Assembly (NCBI RefSeq): GCF_000142905.1
Contig: NW_013657655.1
Coordinates: 62,001 to 126,000, forward strand
DNA length: 64,000 nucleotides
Direction: 5' to 3'
From: Thecamonas trahens ATCC 50062
Taxonomy: Eukaryota; Protista; Apusomonadida
The notes under the pieces are model-generated. The model had not been told where the DNA came from. It made no database searches and was given only the letters and a program-made list of their open reading frames with translations. This document shows, piece by piece, positions 1-12,317 of this stretch; the stretch's first letter is position 1, and each line of letters opens with the position of its first letter. The position numbers and the translations under genes are program-made.

Positions 1-196
1 CGTGCGGTGCGGGGCGGTGCGGTGCGGTGCTGTGCGTTGGACGGGCGAAATGGGTTTGGTGGTTGTGGTGGCGGTGAGGTGGCGGAGGGAGTGCGAGGCG
101 ATCGATGAATGGGTGTGGTGGCGGTGCAATGGCGGTGAGGTGACGGAGAGAGTGCGAGGGCTGATAAGTCGATGGGCCGAAGAGCAGGCCAGTGAG

Positions 197-1492
197 TCAC
201 AGCGCAGGCTCGGGCGAGGGCGAGATGATAGGGGCCACATCGGAGGAGAGGACCGACATGGCGAGCTCATAGGCGGCAAACGTAGCGGCGTTGACGGGAA
301 AGGCGCGGATGAGGGTGGTGCCGAGGCCGCGGTAGAAGGCCTTGAATCCGCCGCGTCGGTAGAGGGTGGCAGCGACCGAGGCGATGCGCGAGTCGGCGGT
401 ACCTGGCGGGAGGTGGCCCATGGCCTGGACCCGCGACTTGATGATGTCGACCGGGTACGAGATGGTCCAGCCGACGCAGCCGGCGACGCCACCGGCCGTC
501 AGTTGGCCTAGCGCGCCCACCTCAGCCGACGACGGCGTCCCGGTCAGGGCTGCCCACCGCGCTTGCTTCCCTCGTACGAGGCAAAGTACACACCGTAGAA
601 CGCCATCTCGCGGAGCGCAGTCACCGTCCACCCGTGGGTGATGCCCAACGGACGGGCACCCGAGTCGACCACAAGCTTGAACGTCGAGTAGTACGAGCCC
701 GTTCCGCGGTTCACCTGCATCACCGTTTTGATCAGCTCGGTAGGCGAGGTGACCAACGAGACCGGGAGCGCCGTCCCGGCCCCAGACAGCCACAGCATGC
801 CAAGCGGCGTGGTCGACTCGTCGTCTTTGAGCCCGAGCAGGACTTTGATGTACTCGTTCGACGCAAAGGCCACAGAGTTCTCCATCATCGCTCCGGCGAG
901 CGGCGCGTAAACGCCGCGGAAGAGGCCCACCACGCCCTCTTCGGCCACAATCTGCCGGAGCAGCGAGACAATACCCGGCCGCACCCCAGCCCCGGCTTCC
1001 TCACTCGCCGTCTGCATCAGCACTCGGATCGTGTCGAGCGGAAAGCCGACAAAGTTGGCAGTAGCTGTTCTCCCCTCCGTTCATTCCACGGTCAATTGAA
1101 CGTGCGACAGTGAGTAGTTGACCGACGCTCCACACCGCTCGCATCTACTGTCGGACGAACATGATCTTGGTATGTACACGTAGCGCATGCTTTGTGCAAT
1201 GTAACCATGTCTCGGAAATCATTGCCGCATGGCTTCAGCACGTTGCAGGGGCGCTGCAAAGCCAGAAGGAGAGCGTGGCCAAAAAGGTGTTCATTCCCGC
1301 CAAAATTGGCACGCCGCCCGCTCTGCCCGCACCTGCCAGAGGAGGATGGTCAAGGGGAGGGGGGGGGGAGGGGGGCATGAGGTGTCACGACTTGAACGTA
1401 CCGCCAGAAAACGAGCCAGCAACAAAGGACTTCCAATCTGGGAGGAAGCTGACCTGGTCACATCCCTCTTCTCCGCTCGGTGGCGTGGCCAT
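197..1492 (-). CDS. Mitochondrial carrier (SLC25; carnitine/acylcarnitine or basic amino acid carrier-like). Exon 1 1492-1402, intron 1401-1065, apparent -1 frameshift near 559
   Basis: Three Px[DE]xx[KR] signature motifs (FPLDTIRV, SPTELIKT, YPVDIIKSR) and GFKAFYRGLGTTLIRAFPVNAATF. Exon 1 MATPPSGEEGCDQVSFLPDWKSFVAGSFSG joins GTACGT...AACAG to ATANFVGFP. Repeats 1-2 and repeat 3 lie in different frames (ORFs 544-1023 and 197-793). Confidence 0.9.
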
Positions 1493-2105
1493 GGCTCCGC
1501 TCAGAGCGCCGAGTTGAGTGCGACGAGGGATGTCGTCGGCGGGCCGGCCAAACGCCAGCCAAGTTGGACCATGAGCCTGCCACCTCTGCCAGCCTTTTCT
1601 TTTGTCAACCTATCTTTTTTTGCCACGGGCGTGAGCTGGAGTGGGCGCGACAGAAGTCGCCGTCGTGAACACGGTGGCGGCGGGGGCGGGAGAAGGGGGG
1701 GGGGGGTGATGCCGAAAGGTTTTCGTTATTCTCAGCATGTCGATGTGGGGGAAGTGAAGGATGGAGAGACACTCCTCCCCCGCACCGAGAGGAGAAAGTG
1801 CAACTGGGGTCCGGCCGAAGTTAACTAGCAGTCCGACCCCCCCCCTANNNNNNNNNNNNNNNNNNNNNNNNNNNNNNNNNNNNNNNNNNNNNNNNNNNNN
1901 NNNNNNNNNNNNNNNNNNNNNNNNNNNNNNNNNNNNNNNNNNNNNNNNNNNNNNNNNNNNNNNNNNNNNNNNNNNNNNNNNNNNNNNNNNNNNNNNNNNN
2001 NNNNNNNNNNNNNNNNNNNNNNNNNNNNNNNNNNNNCCCCCCCCCCCCTCCCCCATACACACACCGCCTTCGTTGGTTCCTGCTAGGAACGGTGGCAAAG
2101 TGCTG

Positions 2106-3347
2106 TCAAGTTGACGTCGAGACCGGCCCTGGCGTAGGCATGCGGGGGACACGGCAGCCTGCAGTGAGGAGCAGCTTGATGATGGCATCGTGGTTGCGAG
2201 CCACGGCCAAAGTCAGAAGACTGCTGCAGTTTGCAGCGTCGATGCGGTTGTCGGCAAGAAAGAGCGAGACGACCGCGGCGTGGCCGCCCGCCACTGCGGC
2301 GTGCAGCGCTTCGAGCCCGCCAGCGGTTGGATCAACGGCGGCATGAGCGAGAAACACAGCCACAATGTGACTGTGGCCGAGACCTGCGGCTTTGCACATC
2401 GACCGGTTGTTGCTTGCTCCCGGATCGACCCGCGAGTCGGCTAAGAGTACCGTCACAATCTCTAGCATGCCCGACAGCGATGCCTCCACAATGGCGGCGT
2501 TGTCGTCGGCGCCCGGGTCGATCCGCCCGTCAAGGAGAAATGCCCGAACGACGTTTGCATGTCCGCCCTTGATTGCCGCGCACAACGCCCGGCTGCCGGT
2601 CGCTGTCGGCTCGCAGTGTGCGTCTGCGAGCAGCAGGCGCACAAGCTCGACCTGACCGCAGCCGGCCGCCAGCACCAAGGCATCGGCGTAGATCGCGGTC
2701 TTGTACCCACCCGAAGCCGGCACATGATGCAGCAGCTCACGGACCACCACAGTCGTGCCGCTATCACAACCTGCAAGGAGGCAAGAGCTACGCCCGGCCT
2801 CGTCCGACGCCTCGATCAGCTCCACAGCCAGCTGAGGCGCACCGACCAGCACCGCCATCGCCCCGCCAAAGACCTTGAACGGCATGGCGAGCTGCTGCGG
2901 CGCATGGTACACGTCGAAGATCCAACTCGCCTTCACAAGTTCCTCCACCAGCGCCTTGGCCTCGGGGACGTTGTCAGCAGCCGCGAGGAAGAGCTGGCGA
3001 AAAACCGGGTTCGATGACGATGACAATGTCGTTGCCACCGGCACAGCGAGCGCACTACCGCTGGCGCCGGGCGGACGATCCAGCTCTTGGCACACTGCCT
3101 TGTTCTCTGCAATGAGAGCATGTGAGGAACGGGCAAAAACAATGCGCGCCGCTGACCACAAGCCGCGGGTAAGGCAAGGGAGCCAGCCGAGGGTGGCTTG
3201 CAGAGTGGCCAAACCGCGTTCGGTCCCCATCAACACGCGTCGCAAAGTTTTGCAGGTACTTGCCACGGCAACCAGGTCAGCCGTCGAGAGCTCTGTCCGG
3301 GTCAAGGCCATGTAGTGGAGAACGTCTTGCGGGAGCTTGTCAAGCAT
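2106..3347 (-). CDS. F-box-like N-terminus plus ankyrin repeat protein
   Basis: N-terminal LDKLPQDVLHYM...DLVAVASTCKTLRRV resembles an F-box. Several ankyrin units (ALCAAIKGGHANVVRAFL, AIVEASLSGMLEIVTVLL, ALHAAVAGGHAAVVSLFL). Confidence 0.8.
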   Translation of the reverse strand: MLDKLPQDVLHYMALTRTELSTADLVAVASTCKTLRRVLMGTERGLATLQATLGWLPCLTRGLWSAARIVFARSSHALIAENKAVCQELDRPPGASGSALAVPVATTLSSSSNPVFRQLFLAAADNVPEAKALVEELVKASWIFDVYHAPQQLAMPFKVFGGAMAVLVGAPQLAVELIEASDEAGRSSCLLAGCDSGTTVVVRELLHHVPASGGYKTAIYADALVLAAGCGQVELVRLLLADAHCEPTATGSRALCAAIKGGHANVVRAFLLDGRIDPGADDNAAIVEASLSGMLEIVTVLLADSRVDPGASNNRSMCKAAGLGHSHIVAVFLAHAAVDPTAGGLEALHAAVAGGHAAVVSLFLADNRIDAANCSSLLTLAVARNHDAIIKLLLTAGCRVPRMPTPGPVSTST

Positions 3348-4101
3348 GTCTTCCTACCCCCTTTCCAACCAAACCAAAGAGGTAAGTTGAGTGTCGAGCG
3401 TATGATAGAGCACGCGTCGAGCTGTGTGGCGTATTGTCTAACTCGCGAGGTGGGGGTTGGAACGGGTCGTGAAAGGTGCTGTGGCCCATTATCAATAATG
3501 GTTGCGTTCGCGAACACAAACTTTTTTTAGCCACCCGGCACCGGCTTCTGCTACTTTCGCACGCTAACACTGTGGAGGGAGGGAAGGGGNNNNNNNNNNN
3601 NNNNNNNNNNNNNNNNNNNNNNNNNNNNNNNNNNNNNNNNNNNNNNNNNNNNNNNNNNNNNNNNNNNNNNNNNNNNNNNNNNNNNNNNNTTGGGAGGGCT
3701 AAAAACAAGACAATTCCCCAGTGCTACGTAATGTCGGTATTATAAGACCCCACCCCCCCACCCCCCTCTACCTACCCACCCTACACACCCCTCTGGGGTT
3801 CTATATGTGAACAGTTGCTCAATCGTGTGCATCCATCATTCTTCCTCTTTCAAACAACTCTCCGCACACTCCGCAATTCTGACTACAAGCGTAGACCATG
3901 TGTTGACCAATCGCTTGCGCGCTGGCACATCGCCCCCGGTCCTACCCAACCAAAATGCCGCGTTTTGTGGTGCCCGTACAACTTGCAATGCCACGGTTGA
4001 GTTGCCATTGCTGGCCGGCTGCGGTTCGCAACAACATTAATGGTTCGCCAACGATTACGCCCTCATGCCACCCGTCTCTATCGAACACGCAAGCCAAGCC
4101 C

Positions 4102-5940
4102 ATGGTAGCTGAAGCAGGACAGACGTACTCTGCGTCCGAGGTGGCCCAACATGGTACTATGGATGACTTTTGGGTACGCTCACACTCGCACATACCCAAC
4201 CACACCTACCTCGCCCGTGCCCCCGTTCCCCCCCCCCCCCCCCTCTTTCCCTACACGTGGGAAAACCAATGCCACCTGGGATCCCCGCCATCCCCCCCCC
4301 CCCGCGCCTTCTCGCCTTATCTTCTACCTCCTTGATACACAAACTGGTTCTCACAATCATCCGCAAACTTTGCTTGTGTGCTTGAAAACGCTCTGCTCTA
4401 CCTTGGTGTCTCATTTTCTCGGTCTCATTCGGCTTGCTTCGCCCGCTATCGCTATCCTCGCGGGTGTGGGTGGCTCGACTGGCACGGCGCGCCGGCTTGC
4501 GGCTGACGACGGCTGGCAACCGCTCAACGTGTTCTCCTGCTCCGGTCCGCAACGTTTGCTTGGGCAACACGTCGGTAATCGAATGATTTTTTTTTTTCTC
4601 TTCATGGCTGGCTGGCTTGCCTTTATGTTACTCGTGGCGGGCGGACTGTGCACCTGCACAACAACGACGGACTGCAGATCATCATCCACGATGAGGTGTA
4701 CGACATTACGTCGTTTGTGAGCAAGCACCCGGGCGGGCCGGTCATCGAGCCGTACGCCGGACTTGACGCGACGGACGTCTTTGATGCCATGCACCCCGAG
4801 TGGGTGACCAAATGGCTGCCGCCGTACCGCATCGGCTCGCTGAACAAGCCCAACGCAACGCCGTTCCAGGCCGAGTACCGCGCGCTGCGGGCTGACTTTG
4901 TCAAGGAGGGCCTCTACGAGTCGCGCAAGACGTTCTACGCCACTATGGCGTCGATCTCGCTCGCGCTCGTGGCCACCGGCATTGTGTGCATCGGCGTTAT
5001 GCCCAACACCTGGTGCTGGAACGCGATTGGCTGCGTTGCGCTGGCGTTCTTCTGGCAGCAGAACGGGTGGATCTCGCACGACTACCTGCACTACTCGGTC
5101 TTTGACTCGCGTCTCTCGAACTGGGTCCTCCCCTGGATTCTCGGCGCCGTCGGCTCGGGTTACACATACATCTGGTGGTCGCGCAAGCACAACACCCACC
5201 ACGCCGTGCCCAACATTGTTGACGGTGATCCGGACATCGACACGATGCCCATTCTCGCCTGGTCCGAGCGCAACATCCAGCGCGTTGGCCCGCTCGGTGC
5301 CTTTGCTCGCTTCTGGGTCCGCAATCAGGCTTGGTTCTTCATGCCGCTCCTCGCCTTTGCCCGCATCTCGTGGACCATCCAGTCGGGCATGACCGTGTTT
5401 GAGGACGCCGAGCAGTACGCTGTCTGGCGCCGCTCCAACAAGTCGCTCACCGCCTGGCGCTACATCGAGTCGTTTGGCCAGATCCTGTACTGGACCTGGA
5501 CCTTTGCCCTCTTCTTTGTCTCTCAGGACTCGCTCGTCCACGCCGTCGGCCTCTGGCTCGCCGCTCAGCTCCTCTCGGGCCTCCTCCTCGCCTCGCCGTT
5601 TGTGGTCAACCACTCGGGCATGGAGGTCTTCCACGAGGGCTCGGCCCGGTACGTCAACTTTTTCGAGCTTCAGGCCCGGACCGGCCGCAACATCGACCCG
5701 TCACTCTTCATGAACTGGTTCACCGGCGGCCTCAACTTCCAGATCGAGCACCACCTGTACCCGCGCATGCCGCGCCACTCGTACCCGCTCATCAAGCCGC
5801 GCGTCGAGGCCCTCTGCGCCAAGCACAACATCCCCTACCACTCGGTCGGCTTCTTCACTGGCCTCGCAGAGGTCGTCCAGCACCTGGCAAAGACTGGCGC
5901 GTCCGTTGACCGCGTCGTTGCCGACGACAAGTCCCTCTAG
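4102..5940 (+). CDS. Cytochrome b5-fused front-end fatty acid desaturase (delta5/6/8 type); intron 4174-4677
   Basis: HPGG haem motif and His boxes HDYLH, HNTHH, QIEHH. Exon 1 MVAEAGQTYSASEVAQHGTMDDFW joins GTACGC...CTGCAG to IIIHDEVYD. Confidence 0.93.
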
Positions 5941-6071
5941 CCGGCTCTGGCACGACGTCACACACACACGCACACATACACACCCTCCTGCTGCCATTCG
6001 AATGAACATGCGCTCTATCTTTCCCTTCTCCGCCCAGCTGAGCAAGGCGACCGGCCTTTTGGCGCTCGGTA

Positions 6072-9000
6072 TTACGCCTTGCCCTGCGCTCTTGCAGCCT
6101 CCCACAGCGCAACGGCGGCGTCGTCAAACCTCGCGCCAGCCTCGCCGCCGCTGCTAGCTCGCCGCCACCCACGGCGGCAAGAAGGCTCGACCGACGAAAA
6201 CACGCCGTCTGCCGCCTGCCGTCTACCGCCTGCCGCTGTCTCCAGCCCGATGGTAGCCATCCACTCGTCGGCGTCGTCGGCGACCACACCAAGCACCCGC
6301 GCCGACGAGCCGCGGAACTCGACCCGTGCCGCGTATCGCCCGCAGCTGCGATCGGGGAGAGCGTGGACAGCGAGCGCAAGCACGTCGCCAAACCACGTTG
6401 CCGCCACTGCCATGGCCTGGAACGCCCCATCGGTCGGCGTCACCGCAAACGAGACCAGCGTCAGGCGCGACGTGTCCAGCGCCTCGCGCACATCTTCGGG
6501 CCGCGCGCCCTCACTTGTCCGTGCCGTGAGCGCCATCGATGCTGTTAGCCCTGCCCACACCTCGTGGTACGCCGCCGGCGTCCATCCACGCCCACCGTCC
6601 ACGCCCACCACTGGACAGAGGAAAGTCGAGAGGAGGACAGGGTACGGCGTGCAGTGAACCCGGAGCGACCGCCGCTCCAGCCCGTGATGCAGCGAGGTCC
6701 GTTCCAGCGCCCGCGCCGTTCCGCGCTCGCTCGGCCGCACCGCATCCGGAAAGAACTGCAAGTGGACGTCAATCGAGTTGCCAGCAAAGCCGGTGACCGT
6801 CAGCGGGAGCTCGAGCTCAAACGTCGCGCCGGGCGCCACGTCCTCGAACGTCCGCACGAACGCCTCGTTGCCGACGTCAGCGTGCGCAAGCTGCCCTCCG
6901 ATGCCAAGTCGGACTTGAAGGTGGGAAATGAGCAGCTGAGTCCGGTTCGAGCCGCGGAGGCGGAACACAATCCGCGATCGCCCCGGTCGGCCGAGTGCTG
7001 CGCTGTCACCTCGAACGGGTCCGACGGCGCAGAGATGACCCGGACCACGGACAGCGCGCCTAGGTCGCTGCCCGCAGCTCCAACAGCTACCGCCACGTTG
7101 CCGTCAAAGGCCGCGTGCCCGCCGCTGGACCCGCCAGTAGCAGGAAACGCCGCCGCCGGGTTGTGCACAGGGTGCATCTTGTCAGGCAGCGCGGCAGCCA
7201 GATGATCGAGCATGGCCAGATGCGTCTTGGCCACATCGCGTGCTACAGGCCGCTTGCTTGATCCACGCTGCAGCGAGACGAGCGTACCGCGGACGAGTGG
7301 GGTCACCAACGGCAGCCGCACGGCAAGGATGAGCAGCGCCTCGAGGAGGATCGATGACGGCGGTGGCCGACCAGCCGTCCCCTCGCTGCTGTGGCTGCCG
7401 CCGCTCGCGCCGAGCATGCCTGCGCTTGCCTCGGCGCCCGCCAGCGCTGTCGCCAGTGCCAGTCGCGGCGCGTCGTGGAGCCGGTACGCAATGCCCATGA
7501 CCAGTCGCTTGGCTCGGTCCAGTTGCGAGTCGTTGAGCGAGACAAACTGGGCCAGAGTGGCCAGGGCCGAGGACTGCACTTGCGGCGGGAGCGCATCCAC
7601 TTGCGCCAGCACCTCGTCGAGCACCCGCTGGAGCTTAGCCTTGAGCCGAGCGTGCGCCGGATTGCCGCGGTTCTCACTCGCTGGCAGGCCATGGACCCGG
7701 CAGGTTACTTCGAGTAGGTCGAGGTATGCCTTGGCCGCCAGCCACCGTGCCTGGGTTGCCCAAGTCAGCACCCGCACGTTCGAGTGTAGCAACTCGACTG
7801 CAACAACCAGCCACACGCCAAGCAGCGCGTGGTTGCTTTCGTCAAGCGCCGCCGCGAGCTTGATGAGCGGAACAGCGGCCTGGCGCAAAAGCGCGGCGGC
7901 AAGCTCCTCACGAAAGAGCGACGGCTGCGAGGCGGTCCACAGTGATGCCAGCCACGGATCGGCAAACAACTCCTGAAGCTGGGTCACTTGCAGCGCGGCG
8001 AGGGAGTGGCTTCCGCTCCCAGTCCCACCCGGCGTGGCTGCGGCCTTGAGCTTGGACGCTGCCGTCTGCTCGAGGACCGAGGCAAAGACAAGCGATGCGG
8101 CACGCAGGCGGTCGCCCGCGCAGCCTAGCGCTTGCACTGCCTTGAGGATCTTGATCATTACCCGCAGCAAGTACCGCGAGTCAACTACGTGCACAAGCGA
8201 GACAATGTCGGCGAGGAGGCGCGGAAATGCCGCCGTGGCCGAGCCGACCAGCAGCACGTCGAGCCAGGCCAGCACAACCTGGAGCGTCCACAGCGCCTGC
8301 ATCTCCACACCCTGGGCGAGGGCCACCACCCGCGTCCCGACCTCGTACACCAGTGCCACATCGCCGCACTTGAGCAGCGGCAGAAGGTGCGTCTCCACAA
8401 GCTCGTAAACTAGCACCGCCTGAGAGTCCATGTGTTCTGCCCCGACAGCCACCGCCTCGTCGGCTGCAAGCAGGCGCGCCGCGTGCTGCGCGGCAAAGGC
8501 CAGTGCGACAACCGCCGACGTCCGTGGGCCAAACTTGAGGTGTGAGAACCGCTGCAGCGCCAGCTCGTACCGTCGCAGTAGCACCAGCGCCACCTTGCTG
8601 GCCGCGTTCGACATCGGCGCGGTGGTGATGAGCTGTGCCAGCGCGGCAAACGCCCGCGCCGCCACCTTGTCGTCAGTGTCAAAAACCCGCTCGGCGATGC
8701 TCGTCCAGATCTCACTCTGCATCTCAGCATCGACTGTCACCAGCGCCGCCGCCGCAAGACTGTCCACTGCGGCGGCGCGGACGAGCAGTGAGGGATGCAC
8801 CAGCGCAGCCAGTGCCCGGGCGAGGTGGCGGTCCAGCAGGTCAGCCACCACCGCCTGCGGTAGCCGTGGCAGCGCCCGCAGCGCCAGCACGGTGTGCATC
8901 GGCGACGCAGTGTCGACGTCCAGCGCGCAGGCCACTACACTCGCCAAGTCGTCCCATCGCGCATCGGGCACGCCGCAAAGGTAAAGAGGACCTCCCAAGC

Positions 9001-9609
9001 CAAGCGAACAACCATCAGCGATTCGGCCTCAGGCATGTCTGGTGGCGGGGCGCCCGCAGGCCCGTCACCTGGTCCAGACAAGCCACGTTGCGGCGACGCT
9101 CGACGCAGAGCAGCAGCAATTGCCAGCGGCGAGCCGCCAGATGCGCCCCCGACCGCGCCGCCACTCGCCGAGCCGTTTGCCATTGCCGTTGCGACGGCAG
9201 CTGCCGCCTGAGCTTCGGACATTGACGACGATCGATGGGAATGACGACGACTTGGAGATGAAGCAGGAGACGGCGAGGTGATTGCCGAGCTGGGAGGTGC
9301 CAGGCCAAGAATGGCCTCTGGATGAGGCAGGAGCGACGGCGCACGATGATCTGCAGGAAACGGGTTTGGAGACATAAACGATGTTGATGGTTGCTGTGAT
9401 GATAGTGATGCAGATGGTGATGATAATGACGTTGTTGATGATGCTGATGATGATGGAGGTGCCACCAGAGGCAGGACGACGTCGAGGTAGCCCGTGGGGA
9501 GACCGGCACCTTGGGAGACCTGTTCGAGGAGCTGAGAGAGTGCTAAAGTCTGTCGACTGGTCGAGTGCGAGAGCAAGGCTTCCAGTACGGCGCCTGCTAA
9601 GTTCTCCAT
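6072..9609 (-). CDS. TPLATE: TPLATE (beta-adaptin-like large subunit of the TSET/TPLATE coat complex); two apparent -1 frameshifts near 8975 and 6974
   Basis: N-terminal SRQTLALSQLL, RLAWEVL, RWDDLAS and IWTSIAERVFDTDDKVAARAF match the TPLATE trunk. ISAPSDPFEVTAQH..IVFRL..N.T, CTPYPV and AATWFG match the appendage. The protein is assembled from ORFs 8935-9777, 6800-8998 and 6072-6968. Confidence 0.8.
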
Positions 9610-9694
9610 GTCTCTTGTCCACGCCCTGCTTCCACCGTTGCCACACCGAGTCGCACGTCGTGTGGTGTCGTCCCTTTGCCCGGCCTGTCGCCTG

Positions 9695-9743
9695 CCGACC
9701 GACCGACCGCCCGACCGACCGACCGCCCGACCAACCGGCCGAC
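9695..9743. repeat. (CCGA)n imperfect microsatellite in the divergent promoter region
   Basis: ccgaccgaccgaccgcccgaccgaccgaccgcccgacc... Confidence 0.8.
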
Positions 9744-9878
9744 TATTTGGCTGCCGCGCCAACGAACGTGCTAACAATCGATGGTGAACGATTAATCTCG
9801 ACCCCCCCCCCCCCCCTCCCCTCCCCCTCGATTAGCCAGGCTTCGATTAAACGTGACAACCGACCACACTCGTCGCCG

Positions 9879-11990
9879 ATGGAGCTGGCCGGCGTCTCCC
9901 TGGAGGAGGTCCGGGAACGGGTAGCAGACATCCGGCAGCATGTCTCCCGTACTAGGACCTTTGTCCGCAAATGCACACTCTACACACAGTTCGCAAGCAA
10001 GGTAAGCTTCTCTTCCATGCCCATAGCCCCTCTCTTCCTCCCTTTGCTCCGCACCCGCTGGCACCAAACCGAGCGCCAAACGGCCGCCGCTGCCAACGGC
10101 CAGCCAACGAAGCAACACGACGGGGAGAAGGGGGGGGGGGGGATAGGGCAACTATTTTACAATCACCACCATCCACACCCCCCACATCCCCCACAAGCCC
10201 CCCCCCCCCACACACACACACACACAACATACTCACGTCACGCGGACATGGTATGGATGGGATCGGGGTGGAGGCAGTTCTTTGCGGCCAACGCAGGTAT
10301 CGACCCGCTGACGGTGGGCGCCGTCCTCGAGTCTGCGGTCAACGATCTCGAGTCGGAGTGGAACGCCTTTTTGGGAGCGCATGAGGTGGAACTTGTGCGG
10401 GCGCATGGCCTTGTGGCGCAGTTGCTTCCGCTTCGGCTGGTTCGGATGGTGGACATGCCATCAAAGTCGGCTGCGAGGCTGTTGCTGGCGTATCGTGGCG
10501 CCCTTGATCGGGCCGAGGATCTCAAGCCAGCGCTCCAGTCGGCGCTGGACGCCGGTGAGGACGCATTGAGGGCTGTCCGCGCTCAGCTTGTGGGCTTTCG
10601 TGGAGAGCTCAACGTGGCCGGCGCCCATGCTGCACTCGACTCGCTCATGGCCGAGCGGAGGTATCGTCGCGATTGCGTGGCTTGTGCCGCACTTCAGGCG
10701 CAGGGCAAGGCGCTGCGGAGGTCAACAGCCGCCCACGTCGAGTCGCCGGTTAAGCGCCGGCTGCGGGCGCACGCCGAGACGCTCAACTCGATCCTGCCGC
10801 AGTGGTATGATGCCCGCGGCGCCATCAACGCGGCCGCTGTGCCGGAGCACAACCATGCCGTTGACATCCCTGCCACCCACGAGAGCTACCACGAGAGCCG
10901 TGGCAACGAGCCTTCCGAGTATGCCGAGTACGCTGGCTACGCCGAGTACGCCACCAATCGGGGCAACGAGCGCGATGGCAGCGGCCATGAGATGGGCCAG
11001 GCGCAGTGGCGCGAGACGCTCGCCGAGGACGTGGCGCAGCGGCGGCGAGCATCGCCTGCGGCCACGCCTGTGCCGTCGCCGCAGGCACCACAGCCAGTCG
11101 CCGCGCCGCGACATCCCGAGGCCGAGCCAGAAGCAGCGAGCAGTGGATCGCCGCTGCGCGGTCCGTCGCTCTCGGACACGATTGCAGCGTTGAGTGCGCT
11201 GCGTGAGCGCAATCGCAAGCTGCAGCCAGTCAACGATGCAACAGCAGCACCGGAGCCTCGGCCGCGAGCACCATCGACGCCTGGGCCATCTGAGGCCCGG
11301 CCTGGTCCGGCTCTGGGCACCGCCCCTCTCTCGCTCGACGAGGCAGTGGCGCGGTCATTGCAGCGGCAGGAGGCAGTGGCGGCGGCCAAGGCGCACGAGG
11401 CTGCACGCGAGGCTGAGCTTAACCAGCTCCGTGAGATGCGGAGCTTCCGCGAGCGGCATCCATCGCTGTTTGGACAGCCTGCATCGCCGTCGCGGCCGGG
11501 CCTATACACCGTCGACGGCCTGTACCGGGCGGTGCGGTATGTGCCTGATGAGCACTTTGACGCCTACGACAACGTGTACGGGCGGCTGCCGGACGACTCG
11601 TGGCGCGACTCGTACATCCGGGTCTCGATTCCGGTGGCGTCGACGCTGGTCCCGGCATCGATCCGTGCACGCGGCAAGCCATCGCGCGAAGCCGCCGTTG
11701 CCAATCTCTATCCGGACATTGCGCTCTCGCGCCAGGTTGTGCCCGAGTCGGTGGCCGGTTATTCGGGACCGGTCCGCGCAACTGCCGCCGGCGTCCGCGA
11801 CTCGCTCTCGCTCGAGGAGCTGGCACTTCTCGAGATGCGGTCGGCAACCGACGACGAGGTCCGGTCCAACTTTTCGCGTCGGCTCCTCTCGCGCGAGATC
11901 CGCATGCGTCATCAGCTTCAGCGGCTCCATGCTACTCGCCATGTCAAGATCGCCGGTCTTCGTCCGCATGAGGATCCCTACCCCAATTGA
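9879..11990 (+). CDS. Hypothetical coiled-coil / Pro-rich protein; probable in-frame intron 10002-10277
   Basis: Long ORF with coding-like composition. The GTAAGC...GGCAG segment (276 nt) holds poly-G, poly-C and (CA)n tracts typical of local introns. Confidence 0.65.
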   Translation: MELAGVSLEEVRERVADIRQHVSRTRTFVRKCTLYTQFASKVSFSSMPIAPLFLPLLRTRWHQTERQTAAAANGQPTKQHDGEKGGGGIGQLFYNHHHPHPPHPPQAPPPHTHTHTTYSRHADMVWMGSGWRQFFAANAGIDPLTVGAVLESAVNDLESEWNAFLGAHEVELVRAHGLVAQLLPLRLVRMVDMPSKSAARLLLAYRGALDRAEDLKPALQSALDAGEDALRAVRAQLVGFRGELNVAGAHAALDSLMAERRYRRDCVACAALQAQGKALRRSTAAHVESPVKRRLRAHAETLNSILPQWYDARGAINAAAVPEHNHAVDIPATHESYHESRGNEPSEYAEYAGYAEYATNRGNERDGSGHEMGQAQWRETLAEDVAQRRRASPAATPVPSPQAPQPVAAPRHPEAEPEAASSGSPLRGPSLSDTIAALSALRERNRKLQPVNDATAAPEPRPRAPSTPGPSEARPGPALGTAPLSLDEAVARSLQRQEAVAAAKAHEAAREAELNQLREMRSFRERHPSLFGQPASPSRPGLYTVDGLYRAVRYVPDEHFDAYDNVYGRLPDDSWRDSYIRVSIPVASTLVPASIRARGKPSREAAVANLYPDIALSRQVVPESVAGYSGPVRATAAGVRDSLSLEELALLEMRSATDDEVRSNFSRRLLSREIRMRHQLQRLHATRHVKIAGLRPHEDPYPN

Positions 11991-12317
11991 ACGCCTTTAC
12001 CGCCCACGGCACATGGCACACGGCACACGGCACACAGCACACAGCACACGGTACACAGTAGCATCAATGTGGTGACCATCATCAGCATCGTCATACTGTA
12101 CCATCCCACCACACTTTACCCGTATCCACAAATACCTACCATCACATCGCTCCACCATCACATTGCGCCGCCATGTCGCAGTCTCGGCAGCATGGATACC
12201 GACAGCCGCCCCCCCGCCCCCCCGCCCCCCCCCCCCTTGCCCCAACCCCGACACGCCACGCGGCGACACGCCACGACACACCACCGTCTACCACCCCCTC
12301 CCAACCTCACAGGCGCC

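Noticed and set aside
9381-9878. Met-rich N-terminal extension of ORF 9381-11990
   Set aside because: It is the antisense of the TPLATE Ser-rich insert plus promoter microsatellite; the real start is probably 9879.
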